From Octopus vulgaris (taxonomy: Eukaryota), in contig OX597832.1 in assembly GCA_951406725.2 (NCBI GenBank), positions 49,786,001 to 49,850,000 on the forward strand: 64,000 nt of DNA, given 5' to 3'. Both the position numbers and the translations under genes were made by a program. The notes under the pieces were generated by a model. That model saw nothing but the letters and a program-made list of their open reading frames with translations. It searched no databases and had not been told where the DNA came from. This document shows, piece by piece, positions 58,388 through 64,000 of this stretch; the first letter of the stretch is position 1; each line of letters opens with the position of its first letter.

Positions 58388-61300
58388 CAGGCTTCTTTCA
58401 GTTTCCGTCTACCAAATCCACTCACAAGGCATTGGTTGGCCCGGGGCTATAGTAGAAGACACTTGCCTAAGGTGCCACGCAGAGGGACTGAACCCGGAAC
58501 CATGTGGCTGGTTAGCAAGCTACTTACCACACAGCCACTCCTGTGCCTAACAAATGTCTTGTTTTCATAAGTTTTGAATTAAAATCTTCCACCAAACCTT
58601 AGTCACAATTCAATGTTCCTAACACTAGCTGAATGATAACTAAGTTATTTTACTAAATTCTTTGTTATATTTAAAATTAATTGAAAGAAACACAGAGCAT
58701 CTCAAAATAAATACAGTAACGAAAGGGTTAATGCCAGTAAAATGACACTAGCCACGAAACTCTCAGTTCTAACCAAATTACACGCGTGATAATGGCACAG
58801 ATGTGCTAAGTTTTCCCCCACAACAATATCCAAACCAAACCAAACTTCTATAAGCTATGATGAGTATTTTGGAGCTATGCCAAACACAGCCAGCCAGTCA
58901 AACCTGCTATTATAATCCATACAAATAGGAAAAAAGAAACAATACAAAATGCTGCTGGTTGGTTGTGATATTTGTCATGGTGATGAAATGGAAGATATAT
59001 TTTACAGGAAATTAAATTTTTTTTTAAAGGTTTTTTTTATATATATACAGTTTGCTTCTTATTGTTTCTTTTCATCTTAATTAAGCCTTATTGAATATAT
59101 CAGTTCACGAAATAGATTTTAGAAGTGTTTTTTTTTTTTTTTTTTTTTTTTGCAATATGTCTGATCAAATATAAATTTATATAATTAACGTTTTACCTGT
59201 CCTGTGTATCACGTGTGATACTGTAATACACAAAACATATTTCTCTGGCATCCCTGCATCATATATGATAACATCTTCCCAATTTTTTTCCAACCATCAC
59301 AGTAACTTAGGACTTATGAGAGGAAAGCCTTATATATTACTCAGAATGTATAAAACAAGGGCTCACTAAAAATCTAAAAGCAAGCATGAACATTTAGGGC
59401 AATCTTAAGAAAATGCTTTCTTAAGGTTTAAAAGCAACTCAACCATGACCATCCCTCATTTTTCTGAGTACAGTGCACTCAGGACCACATTCTCTAATGT
59501 GCCCTCCTTTTCTAAATCAGCGTGATTTGGTTGCTATTTCTAGAAGGTTGAATGACTGCATAGAAGCTTCCTTGGTTGCTTGAAGAATTTTCCTGCTAAC
59601 ATGCTAGTGAAGGACTTCCAAAACGTTTCTTTTTCTTCTTTTGCATACCATTTAAGCAATTAAGCTTAACAACAGGATGTCCTTCTACTGCTCACCATTC
59701 AAACCACCATAAAGTATAAAGGGAACTAGCATGTCAGCCATGCAGACTGAGCCAAAAGGAATCACATACCTAGACAATGATGGTACAGCATAATGGCTAG
59801 ACTAACGGTTGAACTCATGATCATCCACTCAATAATCCAAGATATTAATTTGCACAACAATTATAATTTTATAGGGTGATCTATTTTAGTATTTAACCCT
59901 CCAGCATTCATTGTTTTGAATTAATCTTGCATTATCTCGTAGCTTTGCAATTTTGATGAGGAAACTGTTAATTTTTAGAATTATATAGTAGGGTTGGTAT
60001 GAGAGGCCAGATCTCGCCAGTTTGAACATAAAACAGGAAGAATACTTTTGGCCGGATATGGCCGGTTTAAATGTTAAAGGGTTAAACCAGTCAAATCGGC
60101 CCCAAATATTCTAATATTTAGGTTCTAACTGGCCAGATCCAGCCTCTCTCACCTACCCTACACTGTCGTTCTAAAAATAAAAACAATCACATCTTCAAAA
60201 TCTCAAAGCTATGTGATAATGCATGATTAATTCAAAGCAATGTAAATAAATAAGCGTTTCATTTGACAGATTAATCTGAATGCTAAAAGGTTAATTATTG
60301 CTTTAACTCTGATAACACAATCTGCAAACAGAGTAGAGTGTCCCCCGCCTCTGTCCATGCCCCTGCTGTGGTACTTTCACTGTGTCTGTGTATTTTATGG
60401 AAATGCTGTTGTTAAGTTAGTTGTGGCTGTGTGGTAAGTAGCTTGTTTACCAACCACATGGTTCCAGGTTCAGTCCCACTGCGTGGCATCTTGGGCAAGT
60501 GTCTTCTACTATAGCCTCGGGCCGACCAAAGCCTTGTGAGTAGATTTGGTAGACGGAAACTGAAAAGAAGCCCGTCGTATATATGTATATATATATATAT
60601 ATATATGCGTGTGTGTGTTTGTGTCTGTGTTTGTCCCCCTAGCATTGCTTGACAACCGATGCTGGTGTGTTTATGTCCCCCTTACTTAGCGGTTCGGCAA
60701 AAGAGACCGATAGAATAAGTACTGGGCTTACAAAAGAATAAGTCCTGGGGTCGAGTTGCTCGATTAAAGGCAGTGCTCCAGCATGGCCGCAGTCAAATGA
60801 CTGAAACAAGTAAAAGAGTAAAGAGTATATATTTGACTATCAATAAATTGCTTTACGCACCTGGATATTTGTATGGTTATAAAGCTCACTTTGCAATCAA
60901 AGGGTTTCAGGTTCGGTCCTACTGTACAGCATTTTGGGCAAGTGTCTTCTACTATAATCCAGGGCCTACCAATGCCACATGGGTGAATTTGGTAGACAGA
61001 AACTATGTGGATGCCCCTTTTGTGTGTGTATGTGTGTGTATCTATTTCTCCCCTTCGCCCCAACACACGCACACTCCATAACTGTCATTGGTTTGTTTAC
61101 ATCCCCGTAACTTAGGGGTTTGGCAAAAGAGATCAATAGGATCAGTAGTCATACCAGACTTAAAAAGGAAAATAAGTACCAGGGTTGATTTGTTCAACTG
61201 AACCCTTTCAAAGCAGTGCCCCGAAATGGTCACAGCCCCATAAATGAAACAAGCTTTGAGATCTCAATGATATGATTGTATATTTTTAGAATATTGTAGG

Positions 61301-64000
61301 GTAGGTGTGAGAGGCTGAATTTTGCCAGTTTGAACATAAAACAAGTGGAATATTTTGGCTGGATAAAGCTAAAGGATTAAATATGAGACTTTAGTTGAAA
61401 TTTTTTAATTTAAAAACAAACACTTTTAGTATAAATGATCTCAGGCAGACTGATATTAAAAGGGTTCACATATTTCAATCTACCTCAACATAATGAATAT
61501 ACCTATTTCTTTATTACCCACAAGGGGCTAAACATAGAGGGGACAAACAAGGACAGACATAGGTATTATGTCGATTACATCGACCCCAGTGCGTAACTGG
61601 TACTTAATTTATCGACCCCAAAAGGATGAAAGGCAAAGTCGACCTCGGCGGAATTTGAACTCACAACATAACGGCAGACGAAGTACCGCAAAGCATTTCA
61701 CCCGGTGTGCTAACGCTTCTGCTAGCTCGCCACCATAATGAATATACCACCATCCAAAATATGAGGCATAGAACAACACACACACATACACAAAAAATGG
61801 AATTAACAGTCCATTTAGCTTTAAATCGTTATCACAATAACCTATCGCAGAAAATTAGACATACAATCAACAAAGACGGTTCCTTTGCACACAAAAGCTT
61901 GTGTAATTCTTAAAATACTTTAAAATAACATCATGTGACATGAGGAAAGGTTGATTTCTGACATAATTCTTGTGTTAGTAATATTGAGCCATATTGGTTG
62001 GGGAGAACAAAGTACTTTTAACAAATTTTATATAATGTCAAACCGCACAAGATTTTAACCCTTTAGATTGCAGCCTGCCTAAGACCACCCCACAAGTTTT
62101 ATGACGAAAACTTGCTGTTTTAACCCTTTAGTATTTAAACCGGCCATATCCGGCCAAAATAGCTGATCTGTTTTATGTTCAAACTGACCAGATCCAGGCT
62201 CTCACGCCTGCCCTACAATGTTATTCTACATTAAGTAATTACACCATCAAGATCTTGAAGATATGAGATAATGCATGATTAATTCAAATCAATGTGAATC
62301 AATAAGCATTATGTTTGATAGAATAATCTGAACACTAAAGGGTTAAAGTGATCTAAATTATAATCTTCTATCAAAATTTTATGCTAATTTGTTCCAGACC
62401 CCATCTTGATAATGAGAAAGTCATTTTACTAATTTTTTCTTTATTTTAAAACTTGAAACAAAAGCAGCATATGTTAACAGAAAGGGTTAAATCAAATTCA
62501 TCATCATAATCATCATTTTATAACTGCTTTCCATGCTGATATAGGTTGGACAGGTCACCATGGCCAGAGCCGTGGTCAGCATATATTATAGGGTAATGTT
62601 AACCTAAATGGCTTTCATTTTAGGTCTGGTTTCTACAGCTGACTGCCCTTTCAAACACAAACCATTTTACTGAGCTTTACTGTGTGCATTTTCCATGGTA
62701 GAAGCACCACAGCAACATCAAGTCCTTAAGAAGACAAGGGCTCTTACAACCTTACACTTAACAGAGTTTTATGGATGCAATTTTTATGAAACATCACTAG
62801 AGAGGTAGCCATGTCCTCGACAGAAAGTAACAAAACCTTACTACCCTGTTTCTCAACAAAGCAGAGGGCCAGTAGAAAAATCAACATGCCATATTCAAGA
62901 AGTGTATTCAAAATGATAGTGGAACTCTTACCATTATCAATACTAAAAAAGAAAGAGCCATCGAAGTGCTATTATGATAGACAGATGAATACAGGGGATG
63001 CATAGGAGAAAGGTCTACCCAAGTAGATCTTACAGAGAAGCTAGCCAGCAATTCAAGACAACAGCAAAATGGTAAATAAAGCAATTATCATCATCATCAT
63101 CATTTAACGTCCGCCTTCCATGCAAGCATGGGTAGGATGTTCTGACAGGAGCCAGCCAGGTAGAAGATAACCCTAGGCTACTGTGTTTGTTTTGGCAGGG
63201 TTTTTAGGGCTGAATGCCACTCCACAGACTCCACAGACTGGACTGAGGGCTTTTTATGTGGCACCAGCACAGGCAAGGTCAGCTTTGGCACGGTTTTTAT
63301 AGCTGAATGCCCTTCCAAATGCCAACCACTTTATAGTGTGGACTGGATGCTTTTTACATGGCACCAGCACCGGCAGGGTTATCAAGACAAGGGAGATGAA
63401 AATGAGAAAGGTATAGCATTTTTTGTCTTGGTGTCTTGTCCAAATTTTTGCTGGCACGATCAATTCTGAGAGTGCCAAATATCCGTTAACATATGCAAGA
63501 TTTTTATCTTTAACTTGTTGTTCAATGGACTGTAGCCATGCTGGGGCACCAACCTTGAAGGGCTTGACCCCAGTACTTATATTTAAGTATGGAACTTTAT
63601 TTTATCATTCCCATTTGCTAAACCACAGCATTAAGGGGAATGTAAACAAACCAACATCAGGTATCAAGGTGGAGGAGAACAAATACACACACACACACAC
63701 AAACACAGCAAGCTTTCTCACAGTTTGTCTAACAAATTCACTCACAAGGCATTGGTCAGCCTTGGGCTAAATAGCAGAAGACACTTGCCCAAGGCGCCAC
63801 ACAGTGGGACTGAACTGGAAACCACGTGGCTGCAAAGTGAGGTTCTTAACCACCCAGCAACACCTACAAACAATATTCACAAGATTTATGCATACACACA
63901 ATCCCTTTCAAACATCATTTCTGATAAGATAAACTTGCTCGACAAAAATAAACACCAACCCCAAAATATTTAGTAAAACCTATGAACAATAAAAACCCAT

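Overview
AT-rich, repeat-dense animal genomic DNA. The SINE/RTE families and microsatellite density suggest a coleoid cephalopod, probably Octopus (inference). The window holds the interior of one minus-strand gene, an RSF1 (remodeling and spacing factor 1) orthologue. I reconstructed 11 phase-compatible GT-AG exons from 34828 down to 9889 (5348 coding nt, about 1780 codons). They cover the N-terminal DDT/WHIM-like region, a 4.1-kb charged low-complexity exon, a split PHD finger and the post-PHD helix. The first exon and the 3' exons were not found and probably lie outside the window. Introns are packed with tRNA-derived SINEs, RTE and CR1 LINE fragments, a mariner relic, piggyBac-, hAT-, mariner- and Helitron-type non-autonomous elements, and microsatellites; these explain almost all short ORFs in the track. 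Best second-look items: a complete type I hammerhead ribozyme fold at 20127-20202 plus two minimal Penelope-type hammerheads; an in-frame (CA)125 tract encoding (VC)41V inside RSF1; a SINE flanked by a ~104-bp direct duplication; head-to-tail SINE multimers with a recurring junction; and tandem pseudoknot-like units in an RTE 3' UTR. I cannot claim a new biological system from sequence alone. Repeat boundaries are read by eye and approximate.
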